NCBI GenBank assembly: GCA_000437555.1
Contig: FR901028.1
Span: 128,893 to 192,892, forward strand
Source of the DNA: Acidaminococcus sp. CAG:917
GTDB taxonomy: Bacteria > Bacillota > Clostridia > Christensenellales > CAG-917
Reading direction: 5' to 3'
DNA length: 64,000 nt
Part shown: one piece after another, positions 46,341-55,712 of the stretch
How the letters are laid out: each line of letters starts with the position of its first letter
How positions within the stretch are numbered: position 1 is the first letter of the stretch
The notes under the pieces: model-generated
What the model was told of the DNA's origin: nothing
Database searches by the model: none
The model's input: only the letters and a program-made list of their open reading frames with translations
Made by a program: the position numbers and the translations under genes

Positions 46341-48926
46341 ATGGCAAAGCAAGAAAAAGAAAGAAACTACATAGAAGACTTATCCAAATCGACGGTCAAG
46401 CCTGTCGAGGTTAACAGCGAACTTAAAAAATCGTTTATCGCTTATGCTATGGCGGTCAACGTATCGAGAGCCATTCCCGACGTCAGGGACGGTCTTAAAC
46501 CCGTTCACCGCCGTATACTCTATTCGATGAACGAGTTAAACCTCGCTTCCGACAGACCGTACCGTAAGTGTGCGCTTATCGTAGGCGACGTTTTGGGTAA
46601 ATATCACCCCCACGGCGACAGCTCCGTTTACGACGCCCTCGTCAGACTTGCGCAGGACTTCTCTATCGGCTGTCCGCTCATCGACGGACACGGAAACTTC
46701 GGCTCGGTGGACGGAGACCCGCCTGCCGCATACCGTTATACGGAAGCGAGAATGAGCAAGATTGCCGCCGAAATGATAAGGGATATAGACAAAAAGACGG
46801 TTGACTTTTATCCCAACTTCGACGATACGAGAATGCAGCCGACCGTATTGCCTGCCCGTTATCCCAATCTTTTGGTAAACGGTTCGGACGGAATTGCCGT
46901 CGGTATGGCGACGAGCATACCCCCTCACAATCTCGGAGAGGTTATCGACGCTACAATCGCACTCATCAAAAATCCCGAAATGACGGTGGACGAACTCATC
47001 GAATATATTCCTGCTCCCGACTTTCCGACGGGCGCAATCGTGCTCGGCAGGGGCGGAATAAGGCAGGCATACCGCACGGGCAAAGGTTCGGCGATAATCA
47101 GGGCTAAGACGGACATCGAAGAACTTCCCAACGGAAAGAGCAGAATAGTTATAACGGAAATACCCTATCAGGTCAACAAGGCGAAACTCATCGAAACGAT
47201 TGCCGACCAGGTCAGGGACAAGAGAATAGAAGGCATTGCCGACGTTGCCGAGGAAACGGACAGGACAGGTATGCGAATTGTCGTCGAAACGAAAAAGGAC
47301 GCCAACGCTCAGGTGGTGCTCAACACGCTCTTTAAACAGACCCAGCTTCAGACCAACTTTTCAATTATCCTTTTGGCGTTGGTGGACGGTGTGCCCAAAA
47401 TACTCAACCTTAAAGAAATACTCACCGCCTATATCGCTCACCAAGAGGACGTCATTATCCGCAGGACAAAATTCGACCTCGAAAAGGCAGAGGAGAGAGC
47501 GCACATCTTAGAAGGTCTTGCCATTGCTCTTGCCAATATAGACGAAGTGGTGGACACACTCAAAAAGTCGAAAGAAAGAGCGGACGCCATGCAAAAGCTC
47601 ATGGAAAGGTTTTTGCTTTCCGAAAAGCAGGCAAATGCCGTGCTCGAAATGAAGCTCCAGCGTCTTACTTCTCTCGAAGTGGAAAAGATAAACGAAGAGC
47701 TTGAAGAAAAGCATAAAGAGATTGCCGAATACAAACGCATACTTTCCTCCATTGACGCCGTAAAGGAAATAATCATAGAGGAAATGAGCGAGATAAAGGA
47801 CAAATACGCTCAGCCGAGAAAATCGGAAATCAGCTACGATTATTCCGACATAGATATAGCCGACCTCATCGAAAAAGAGGACGTAGTTATCACAATGACT
47901 CACGAAGGCTACGTCAAGCGACTTCCCGTTGCGGAATACAGAAGCCAGCACAGGGGCGGCACGGGCATAACGGCACATAAGGCAAAAGAAGAAGACTTTA
48001 TCGAGGAAATGTTCACCTGCTCGTCGCACGACGATTTGCTCTTCTTCACCAATCTCGGAAAGGTGTTCGGGCTCAAGGCGTATGAAATTCCCGAAGCGCA
48101 GAGAACGGCAAGGGGCAGAGCGATGGTCAATCTTTTGCAGCTTACCCCGGGCGAGAAGGTCACGAACGTGCTTCCCTTCTATGAAACGCAAAAGGGCTAC
48201 CTTGTGCTTGCAACCAAAAAAGGACTAATCAAAAAGACGGACGTAAGCGAATATATGTCGATAAAGAAAAACGGCAAGATTGCAATTACGTTCAACGAAA
48301 ACGACGAACTCATCGCAGCATACTTCAGCAGCGGCGAGGACGAAATAATTGTCGGCGCGACGAACGGAAACTGTATTCGATTCAGCGAAAAGGACGTCCG
48401 CCCGACAAGCAGAACGGCAATGGGCGTAAAGAGCATAGAGCTTCCCGAGGGCGCGGAAGTCGTCGATATGGCTGTGCTCAAAGAGGGCTCCGAGATTTTG
48501 ACGATAACTGAAAAGGGCTTCGGCAAACGCAGCGAATATCCCGACTATCCCAAACAGGGCAGAGCGGGCAAAGGCGTAAAGGCAGGCGTGTTCAACTCCA
48601 AGACGGGCAGACTCGTAGCTCTTAAAGTTCTGCCGCCCGAAATGGACGTCATGATAATCACCAACGGCGGAATAATCATTCGTATGGTGGCGGACGAAAT
48701 TTCCAAATTCGGCAGAGATACGCAGGGCGTAAAGGTCATGAGACTGAAAGCGGACGAGCTTATCTCGAGCGTAACGCTCACGCCTCACGAGGACGAGGAA
48801 GAGGAACAGACGGACGGCGAGGACTTTATCTCAAAGCCGGAGGAAGTGGACATATCACAGGATTCTATCCCCACCGAAACTTCTTCCACTCCGCAGACGG
48901 ACAAGCCGCAGGACGACGAAGAGTAA
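46341..48926 (+). CDS. gyrA: DNA gyrase subunit A
   Basis: RAIPDVRDGLKPVHRRILY, the QRDR-type GDVLGKYHPHGDSSVYDALVR, the active-site AAYRYTEARM, C-terminal beta-pinwheel repeats, and an acidic tail. Confidence 0.97.
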   Translation: MAKQEKERNYIEDLSKSTVKPVEVNSELKKSFIAYAMAVNVSRAIPDVRDGLKPVHRRILYSMNELNLASDRPYRKCALIVGDVLGKYHPHGDSSVYDALVRLAQDFSIGCPLIDGHGNFGSVDGDPPAAYRYTEARMSKIAAEMIRDIDKKTVDFYPNFDDTRMQPTVLPARYPNLLVNGSDGIAVGMATSIPPHNLGEVIDATIALIKNPEMTVDELIEYIPAPDFPTGAIVLGRGGIRQAYRTGKGSAIIRAKTDIEELPNGKSRIVITEIPYQVNKAKLIETIADQVRDKRIEGIADVAEETDRTGMRIVVETKKDANAQVVLNTLFKQTQLQTNFSIILLALVDGVPKILNLKEILTAYIAHQEDVIIRRTKFDLEKAEERAHILEGLAIALANIDEVVDTLKKSKERADAMQKLMERFLLSEKQANAVLEMKLQRLTSLEVEKINEELEEKHKEIAEYKRILSSIDAVKEIIIEEMSEIKDKYAQPRKSEISYDYSDIDIADLIEKEDVVITMTHEGYVKRLPVAEYRSQHRGGTGITAHKAKEEDFIEEMFTCSSHDDLLFFTNLGKVFGLKAYEIPEAQRTARGRAMVNLLQLTPGEKVTNVLPFYETQKGYLVLATKKGLIKKTDVSEYMSIKKNGKIAITFNENDELIAAYFSSGEDEIIVGATNGNCIRFSEKDVRPTSRTAMGVKSIELPEGAEVVDMAVLKEGSEILTITEKGFGKRSEYPDYPKQGRAGKGVKAGVFNSKTGRLVALKVLPPEMDVMIITNGGIIIRMVADEISKFGRDTQGVKVMRLKADELISSVTLTPHEDEEEEQTDGEDFISKPEEVDISQDSIPTETSSTPQTDKPQDDEE

Positions 48927-48940
48927 ATTAAAATAAAAAA

Positions 48941-48970
48941 AGCTCTGCACGGCAGAGCTTTTTATTTTTA
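48941..48970 (+). terminator. Terminator after gyrA
   Basis: AGCTCTGC-acg-GCAGAGCT stem, then TTTTTATTTTT. Confidence 0.85.
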
Positions 48971-49087
48971 CCGATTTTGCATAATACGATAAAAACGAAC
49001 GGTTAAAATGCGGTATCTATGAGCTATAAAAGGAAGCATTTAAGCAATTTAAACGGCGGCAAAAAATGCGTCTGAATTAAGGCAACG

Positions 49088-49849
49088 TCACCACACGCCC
49101 TTTATTTCAAGCACGAGAAGAGTTACCGAGAGAAGGAAAGTGTAAATCGAAAAGGGAAGAAGCGACTTGTTTTTTATCAGTTTAATCATAAATTTTATCG
49201 CCAAAAGTCCGCTTACAAAAGCCGCCGCCATACCTATCAGCGTGGGCGCGGCTTCGAAAACGACATTGCTGTTTGCCAGCTCTATGCCTTCCCACACGGC
49301 GGAAGCAATGATTATCGGCACGGAAAGCAAAAAGGAAAACTCCGTCGCCTCGTCTTTATCCGCTCCGGTGAGAAGCAACGAAGATATGGTCATTCCGCTT
49401 CTCGATATGGCGGGCAGGACGGCTATGCCCTGCATAAATCCGCAAAACGCCGCTTTGGGAAAGGTGATTTCTTTCTGTTTGGGTTTTATTATCACGGTGG
49501 CGAAAAGCACGACGGCGGTTACCATAAATCCTAAAGGCAGGAATGCCCCCTCGAGTGCGTCGGGAAGCAAAAATTTAAACAGGACGGCAAGCGCGCAGGT
49601 AGGAATAGTGGCAACGACGAGTTTTAAAGTCTTTTTTGAAAACGGGTGTCGGATAATTTCAAACAGCTGTTTGCGGTAGCATATAAACACGGCAAACAGC
49701 GTTCCGACGTGAAGCAGAACGTTGAAAAGCAAATTCGGCTCGTCTCCCAAAATTTTTTCAAACAAGATGAGATGTCCGCTTGAAGACACGGGCAAAAATT
49801 CCGTCAGACCTTGAATGAGTCCGTAAATGATTCCGTCAAAAATACTCAT
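49088..49849 (-). CDS. uppP: Undecaprenyl-diphosphate phosphatase (BacA/UppP)
   Basis: GLIQGLTEFLPVSSSGHLIL N-terminal motif, the PAISRSG motif, and 8 TM segments. Confidence 0.9.
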   Translation of the reverse strand: MSIFDGIIYGLIQGLTEFLPVSSSGHLILFEKILGDEPNLLFNVLLHVGTLFAVFICYRKQLFEIIRHPFSKKTLKLVVATIPTCALAVLFKFLLPDALEGAFLPLGFMVTAVVLFATVIIKPKQKEITFPKAAFCGFMQGIAVLPAISRSGMTISSLLLTGADKDEATEFSFLLSVPIIIASAVWEGIELANSNVVFEAAPTLIGMAAAFVSGLLAIKFMIKLIKNKSLLPFSIYTFLLSVTLLVLEIKGVW

Positions 49850-49996
49850 TTTTATTTACTTAATCCTTTAAATAAGATATAATACTTTATGCTTTAGAAA
49901 ATCGGTTAAGAATAAACTTTGAAGCCATATAATAGTCGCCGTAAAGCGGCTTAAGATAAAAATTAAAAATATAAACCGAAAATCAGGTGAGGTATT

Positions 49997-51082
49997 ATGA
50001 AACTTGGCGTTGTAGGATTGCCGAACGTCGGCAAAAGCACGTTGTTTAACGCGATAACAAAGGCGGGAGCGCAGGCGGCAAACTATCCGTTCTGCACGAT
50101 AGAACCCAACGTGGGAGTGGTAGCCGTTCCCGACGAAAGACTGACAAAGCTGGCAGAGCTTTTCAACTCTAAAAAAATAACCCCGACTACTTTGGAATTT
50201 GTCGACATAGCGGGACTTGTCAAGGGCGCATCGAAAGGCGAAGGTCTCGGAAACAAATTTTTGTCGCACATAAGAGAGGTTGACGCTATAGTCCATACCG
50301 TCCGCTGTTTTGACGACGAAAACATAACGCACGTCGACGGAAGCGTAAATCCTTTAAGAGATATAGAAACGATAAATTTAGAGCTCATCTTTTCGGATAT
50401 GGAAATGATAGAGCGCAGGCTTCAAAAGGCGAGAGTCGCAGTAAAAGGCGATAAAAAATATCAGGAAGAAATCGACTTTTTGGAAAAACTCTACAAGTTT
50501 TTGGAAGAGGGCAAACCCGCGAGAAATTATCCCGCAACCGACGATGAAAAAGAAATTTTAAAAACTCTGTTTTTGCTCACTTCAAAGCCTGTCATATATG
50601 CCGCAAACGTGTCCGAAGACGACGTCGCAACGGAAAACGACTACGTAAAGCAGGTAAAGGAATACGCCAAGTCGGAAGGCAGCGAGGTCATCGTGTTGTG
50701 CGCAAAACTCGAAGAGGAACTTGCCGATATGTCCGACGACGAAAAGGCGATATTTTTTGCCGAGCTGGGCATTGATAAATCGGGACTCGACAAACTCGTC
50801 ACCGCGTGCTATAAGCTTTTAAATCTTATAAGCTATCTTACCGCAGGAGAAAAGGAAACGAGAGCCTGGACAATCGTCAAGGGAACGAAAGCTCCGCAGG
50901 CGGCGGGCAAAATTCACAGCGATTTTGAAAGAGGCTTCATAAGAGCGGAAGTGGTGGACTATCAGACGCTTCTCGATTGCAAAGGCTATGCCGGCGCAAA
51001 GGAAAAGGGCAAAATCCGCTCGGAAGGCAAAGACTACGTCATGCAGGATAACGACGTGGTGACATTCCGCTTTAACGTATAA
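49997..51082 (+). CDS. ychF: Ribosome-binding ATPase YchF
   Basis: MKLGVVGLPNVGKSTLFNA, NYPFCTIEPNVG, and the C-terminal TGS domain (RAWTI..GTKAPQAAGKIHSDFERGFIRAEV). Confidence 0.95.
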   Translation: MKLGVVGLPNVGKSTLFNAITKAGAQAANYPFCTIEPNVGVVAVPDERLTKLAELFNSKKITPTTLEFVDIAGLVKGASKGEGLGNKFLSHIREVDAIVHTVRCFDDENITHVDGSVNPLRDIETINLELIFSDMEMIERRLQKARVAVKGDKKYQEEIDFLEKLYKFLEEGKPARNYPATDDEKEILKTLFLLTSKPVIYAANVSEDDVATENDYVKQVKEYAKSEGSEVIVLCAKLEEELADMSDDEKAIFFAELGIDKSGLDKLVTACYKLLNLISYLTAGEKETRAWTIVKGTKAPQAAGKIHSDFERGFIRAEVVDYQTLLDCKGYAGAKEKGKIRSEGKDYVMQDNDVVTFRFNV

Positions 51083-51293
51083 GCGTTATATCAAAATATT
51101 GCAATTATAAATTTCCGTTTAAAATCGTTTGCGAGAGGTTTAAATTGCGGATAAATAATTTACCCTTGGATAAAGTCCGACAAAACAACCCAAATTATTG
51201 TGCAAAAATTGCCGTATGGCAAAAGTTAAATTCGCGGTAAAGTAGCGGACGAAAAAAACGGATAAATTTTACAGACTTAAAAACGGTGAATAT

Positions 51294-52979
51294 ATGTTTG
51301 AAAAAGAAATAGCGAAAAATATTAAAATCGAAGGTATGACCGCCGCCGACATAGAGAATATGTTCGAGACGCCAAAAGACGAAAGCATGGGCGACGTCGC
51401 TCTGCCTTGCTTTAAACTTTCCAAAATGCTCAGAAAGTCGCCTGCGGCTATTGCCGAGGAGCTTAAAAACTCCTTTATTCCGTGCGAAGAGGTGGAAGAG
51501 GTAAACGCCGTGTCCGGCTATCTCAATTTCAAAATATCGCCTAAAGCATATTTAAAACATCTTATCCCTATAGTCGGGCAAGGCGAAGCGACAGGCTCGT
51601 CCGATGAGGGCAACGGCAAAACAATATGTATAGATTACAGCTCGGTAAACATCGCCAAGCCCTTTCATATAGGTCACCTTTCCACCACGGTGATAGGCGG
51701 CGCGCTATACAGAATTTTTGCACATCTCGGATACAGAGTGGTGGGCATAAATCACTTGGGCGATTGGGGAACGCAGTTCGGAAAAATGATTGTCGCATAC
51801 CTCAAATGGGGCGACAGGGCGGAAGTGGAAAAGGGCGGAGTTTTAGAGCTTAACCGCCTTTATGTCAAATTCCACAAAGAAGCGGAAGAAAATCCCGCAC
51901 TTGACGACGAGGCGAGAGCGTGGTTTAAAAAGATAGAGGACGGCGACAAGCAGGCGACCGAACTGTTTTTATGGTTTAAGGAAATAACGCTTGCCGAAGT
52001 TTCCAAGGTTTACGACCGTCTTAAAATAAAATTCGACAGTTACGCAGGAGAGAGTTTTTACAACGACAAAATGCAACCCGTGCTCGATATGCTTGACAAA
52101 AAGGGATTGCTTGAGGTCAGCGACGGCGCCAAGGTGGTAAATCTCGACGCCTACGATATGCCCCCGTGCCTTTTGGTAAAAGGCGACGGCGCAACGCTCT
52201 ATGCGACACGCGATTTGGCGGCGGCTTATTACAGGGCAAAGACGTATGATTTTTATAAATGTCTTTACGTAGTGGCATATCAGCAAAATCTTCATTTTAA
52301 ACAGCTGTTCAAGGTGTTGGAGCTTGCAGGCTTTGAAAAAGCGGCGGATATGGAGCATATAGCTTTCGGTATGGTATCGCTTGAGGACGGCGCAATGAAG
52401 ACGAGGCTGGGCAGAGTGGTATGGCTCAGCGACGTTCTGGATAAGGCGGTGGAAAAGGCAAAATCCATTATCGCCGAAAAGAAGACGGAGGGCATAGACG
52501 TGGACAAAGTGTCCGAAGCGATCGGCGTGGGAGCCGTGGTGTTCAGCGCACTCTGGAACAACAGGATAAAGGATATAGTTTTCTCGTTCGATAAGGTGCT
52601 CAATTTCGACGGCGAGACGGCGCCTTACGTTCAATACACGCACGCAAGGTGCTGCTCATTGCTCAAAAAGGGCGGAACGGTAAATTTGGACGACCTCAAT
52701 CTCAATTCCGTGGCAAACGACGAGGGAATAGCGGTGATAAAAAGTCTTATAACCTTTAGCGACTCGGTGAAAAAGGCGGCGCAGCTCCGTGAGCCGTGCT
52801 ATGTTTCAAGACACGTTGTCGACCTTGCCGAAAAATTCAACAGATTTTACATTGCTCATAAAATCGCAAGTGCGGAAGAAGGCAGGAAAAACGCAAGGCT
52901 CATTCTCACCTTAGCGGTCAAAAACACGATAAAGACGGGGCTTTCCCTACTCGGTATCGACGCTCCCGAGGCGATGTAA
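51294..52979 (+). CDS. argS: Arginine--tRNA ligase
   Basis: SSVNIAKPFHIGHL (HIGH), class I core, C-terminal DALR anticodon-binding domain; 561 aa. Confidence 0.95.
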   Translation: MFEKEIAKNIKIEGMTAADIENMFETPKDESMGDVALPCFKLSKMLRKSPAAIAEELKNSFIPCEEVEEVNAVSGYLNFKISPKAYLKHLIPIVGQGEATGSSDEGNGKTICIDYSSVNIAKPFHIGHLSTTVIGGALYRIFAHLGYRVVGINHLGDWGTQFGKMIVAYLKWGDRAEVEKGGVLELNRLYVKFHKEAEENPALDDEARAWFKKIEDGDKQATELFLWFKEITLAEVSKVYDRLKIKFDSYAGESFYNDKMQPVLDMLDKKGLLEVSDGAKVVNLDAYDMPPCLLVKGDGATLYATRDLAAAYYRAKTYDFYKCLYVVAYQQNLHFKQLFKVLELAGFEKAADMEHIAFGMVSLEDGAMKTRLGRVVWLSDVLDKAVEKAKSIIAEKKTEGIDVDKVSEAIGVGAVVFSALWNNRIKDIVFSFDKVLNFDGETAPYVQYTHARCCSLLKKGGTVNLDDLNLNSVANDEGIAVIKSLITFSDSVKKAAQLREPCYVSRHVVDLAEKFNRFYIAHKIASAEEGRKNARLILTLAVKNTIKTGLSLLGIDAPEAM

Positions 52980-52984
52980 AACGC

Positions 52985-53013
52985 TTGACTTAACCTCATA
53001 TTTTTTATATAAT
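52985..53013 (+). promoter_or_regulatory. Promoter TTGACT-17-TATAAT for the rpmH-rnpA operon
   Basis: -35 at 52985-52990 and -10 at 53008-53013. It begins 6 nt after the argS stop. Confidence 0.65.
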
Positions 53014-53083
53014 AGGCAAGCGGCATTATAAACGTCGCTGTTTTAGATAATAATGATAATAATCTCTTTTGGAGGAATATAAA

Positions 53084-53218
53084 ATGAAACAAACCTATCA
53101 ACCTAAAAAGCGTACCGCCAAAAAAGTTCACGGCTTCAGAGAAAGAATGAGCACCAAAAACGGCCAAAACGTATTGTCGAGAAGAAGGGCTAAGGGCAGA
53201 GCGAAATTGTCTGCATAA
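53084..53218 (+). CDS. rpmH: 50S ribosomal protein L34
   Basis: Not in the track (44 aa). Sequence [53 protein letters not shown]. Confidence 0.92.
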   Translation: MKQTYQPKKRTAKKVHGFRERMSTKNGQNVLSRRRAKGRAKLSA

Positions 53219-53221
53219 GCG

Positions 53222-53554
53222 ATGCAACGCATTTATCGATTAAAATCGAACGGCGCGTTTCATTATATATACAAAAAGGGCGAAAGAGTAAAGGGCAAAA
53301 ATCTCGTTTTATATTTTGCTAAATCCAATAAAGGTTTAAAGGCAGGTTTTTCGGTAAGCAAACACGTTGGAAATTCCGTGACGAGAAACAGAGTTAAAAG
53401 GCATTTAAGGGAGAATTTCAGACTGCTTTTAAACGATATAGACCACGGATATTCGTTTGTCGTGGTGGCGGGGGAAAAGACCGCCGATATGAATCATTAT
53501 CAGATAGGCGACGAACTTAAATTCGTGCTTAAAAAGGCGAATTTGATTAAATGA
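53222..53554 (+). CDS. rnpA: Ribonuclease P protein component
   Basis: 110 aa. RNR-type motif SVSKHVGNSVTRNRVKRHLRE. Follows rpmH by 3 nt. Confidence 0.9.
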   Translation: MQRIYRLKSNGAFHYIYKKGERVKGKNLVLYFAKSNKGLKAGFSVSKHVGNSVTRNRVKRHLRENFRLLLNDIDHGYSFVVVAGEKTADMNHYQIGDELKFVLKKANLIK

Positions 53555-53793
53555 AATATCTTTGTTTTTTGCTTTTAAAATTTTATAAAGCGTTTATTTC
53601 ACCTATCACGGGCAACAACTGCAAATTTACGCCGACATGCTCAATGTATATGTATGAAGCAATTTCAAAACACGGAGCTTTTAAGGGAATTGCCTTAGGC
53701 ACGGCAAGACTTTTAAGATGCAATCCGTTCAGTCGAGGCGGCTACGACCCCGTTCCCGAGAATTATAAAGGAAAGTGCAAATGGCTCATTTAA
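53551..53793 (+). CDS. yidD: Membrane protein insertion efficiency factor YidD
   Basis: YKAFISPITGNNCKFTPTCSMYMYEAISKHG...LRCNPFSRGGYDPVP. Confidence 0.88.
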   Translation: MKYLCFLLLKFYKAFISPITGNNCKFTPTCSMYMYEAISKHGAFKGIALGTARLLRCNPFSRGGYDPVPENYKGKCKWLI

Positions 53794-55007
53794 GTTATGC
53801 GCGAAAGACAAAAACAAAAATTTATCTTATTGCGGCTATGATTATATGCCTTCTTATGGTGCTGTCCGCCTGTAATGCGGATTCCGCCACCATAAATATG
53901 GCAAATTCCGTTCAGGAGCCTACCCATTTCATAGCCAAGTTTTTGATAATTTTAAACGAGGGCATAGGCGACTTCGGATGGACGGTCGTCGTTTTCACCA
54001 TTATTTTAAAATTGATTGTCACGCCTTTCGACTTCTGGCAAAAATTCGTAATGCGCAAAAACGCAAAGATTATGGAGAGGATAAAGCCTCGCCTTGACGA
54101 ACTTGCCGATAAATACAAAGACGACAAACAGCGCTATCAGCAAGAGCAGATGGCAATTTATAAAAGAGAAAAATATTCCATGCTCGGCGCTTGTCTTCCT
54201 ACCATAATCACGCTTGTCGTGTTCTTTATCGTTTTCTCCGGTTTCAGACAGATGGTGTCTTACCAAAACGCTCTCGTTTACGAAGAAGCGAGGACGGTAT
54301 ACAATCAGACCTACGACGAGGACTACAGTGCGCTTTATACCGCGGCTATGGCAGAGGCAGGACTCGACCCCGAAGTAATCGCCGGATACAAAGAGCTTGA
54401 TACACTCACCGACGAACAAAAAGCGGCTCTGGTCAAGGAAGCGGCAATCGACGCCGAAGCCCATAAATCGGCGGTGGACTCGGCGCAGACGGCAGTCAAA
54501 GACAACTATAGAATGCCCAAGTTTTTGTGGATATACAATATATTCGCCCAAGACAGCTGGGTAGAAGCCGTGCCCGACTATCTTACGTTCAGCGGTCAAT
54601 CGGGATTTGCCAACGCCAAAATAGAGGGCGTTATGGTCACCGAATATCAGACGGTAATGAAAAAGGTATTAGGCACAGGCGGCTACGGCGAGGGCGGAAC
54701 GTGGAACGGTCTTTTGATTTTCCCGATTTTGTCCATCGCGCTCAATATAGGCTCTCAGCTTCTCATGAACAAAGCGCAGGGCAAACAGCCTAAGGCGGCG
54801 GAAGGTATGGGCGGAGCGTCCACCAAAATGATGCAGTGGATAATGCCGGTGCTCATGGGCGTATTTGCTCTTTTGTATTCCGCGGCGTTCACAATTTACA
54901 TTTTCGTGTCAACATTATATTCCATTCTGTTCCAGCTCTTGTTCAATTTAGGCGGCAAATTAGTCGACATATCGAGAGAGAAGAAACAGTTGAAGGGCAT
55001 CAGATAA
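53775..55007 (+). CDS. yidC: Membrane protein insertase YidC/SpoIIIJ family (lipoprotein form, unusually long at 410 aa)
   Basis: Lipobox LSAC, the conserved KLIVTPF...QKFVMRKNAKIMERIKP and FLWIYNIFAQD motifs, and a C-terminal K-rich tail. Start could be 53775 or 53781. Confidence 0.85.
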   Translation: MQMAHLSYARKTKTKIYLIAAMIICLLMVLSACNADSATINMANSVQEPTHFIAKFLIILNEGIGDFGWTVVVFTIILKLIVTPFDFWQKFVMRKNAKIMERIKPRLDELADKYKDDKQRYQQEQMAIYKREKYSMLGACLPTIITLVVFFIVFSGFRQMVSYQNALVYEEARTVYNQTYDEDYSALYTAAMAEAGLDPEVIAGYKELDTLTDEQKAALVKEAAIDAEAHKSAVDSAQTAVKDNYRMPKFLWIYNIFAQDSWVEAVPDYLTFSGQSGFANAKIEGVMVTEYQTVMKKVLGTGGYGEGGTWNGLLIFPILSIALNIGSQLLMNKAQGKQPKAAEGMGGASTKMMQWIMPVLMGVFALLYSAAFTIYIFVSTLYSILFQLLFNLGGKLVDISREKKQLKGIR

Positions 55008-55016
55008 GGAGATAAA

Positions 55017-55703
55017 ATGAAAAAATCCATAGAAGTAAAGGCCCAATCGGTTGACCTTGCAATCGAGGACGGGCTCAATCAGTTAAATACTACAAAGGAC
55101 AGGGTAGACGTTGAAGTGCTTTCCGGGGGCGGACTCTTTTCAAAAGCGCAGGTAAGACTCACCTTAAAGCCGACAGCGGCGGAGGTGGTTGAAGATTTTT
55201 GCAACAACCTTCTTGAAAAAATGCACATCAAGGCGCAGGCAATCGTCACCGAGGAAGACTCGGTCATTAAAATAGATATTATGGGCGACGAGGCTTCTCA
55301 CGCTATCGGATACAGAGGCGAAACGCTCGACGCCATACAGTATCTTGCCCTTACGGTATTAAATCAGGGACATCAATTCAAAAAAGTGGTTGTCAACACG
55401 GGTTGCTACCGTGAAAAGAGAGAACAAACTCTCATCTCGCTTGCAAACCGTCTTGCCGACAAAGCATACCGCACGGGCAAAAAAGTGGTGCTTGAGCCAA
55501 TGAATCCGTTTGAAAGACGCATCATTCACACGGCAATTCAGGACAGCGCGAAAGCCACGACGGCAAGCGAGGGCGAAGAACCTCTCCGTCACGTAGTGAT
55601 TATCCCCAAAAGCGGCGGCACTCCGAAAAACAACGATGTCGCCAAGAAAAAGAGAACGGGTATGCCCAAATTCAAAAGCTTTGGTTATAAGAGAGGCTTT
55701 TAA
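55017..55703 (+). CDS. jag: RNA-binding protein Jag/KhpB (Jag_N, KH, R3H)
   Basis: KH-like GYRGETLDAIQYL and the R3H segment LEPMNPFERRIIHTAIQ. Classical position between yidC and mnmE. Confidence 0.85.
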   Translation: MKKSIEVKAQSVDLAIEDGLNQLNTTKDRVDVEVLSGGGLFSKAQVRLTLKPTAAEVVEDFCNNLLEKMHIKAQAIVTEEDSVIKIDIMGDEASHAIGYRGETLDAIQYLALTVLNQGHQFKKVVVNTGCYREKREQTLISLANRLADKAYRTGKKVVLEPMNPFERRIIHTAIQDSAKATTASEGEEPLRHVVIIPKSGGTPKNNDVAKKKRTGMPKFKSFGYKRGF

Positions 55704-55712
55704 TCTTTTCAG

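Noticed and set aside
47508-48191. 227-aa minus-strand ORF and other long antisense ORFs within gyrA/gyrB, argS (51969-52643), ychF (49868-50332), ftsH (17498-18632) and yidC (54006-54599)
   Set aside because: All overlap strongly supported housekeeping genes on the other strand and show shadow-ORF composition.
51083-51293. Looked for a T-box or other leader upstream of argS, and upstream of cysE
   Set aside because: No specifier-loop or T-box conserved sequence, or terminator/antiterminator pair, is recognisable by eye. An Rfam scan would be decisive.
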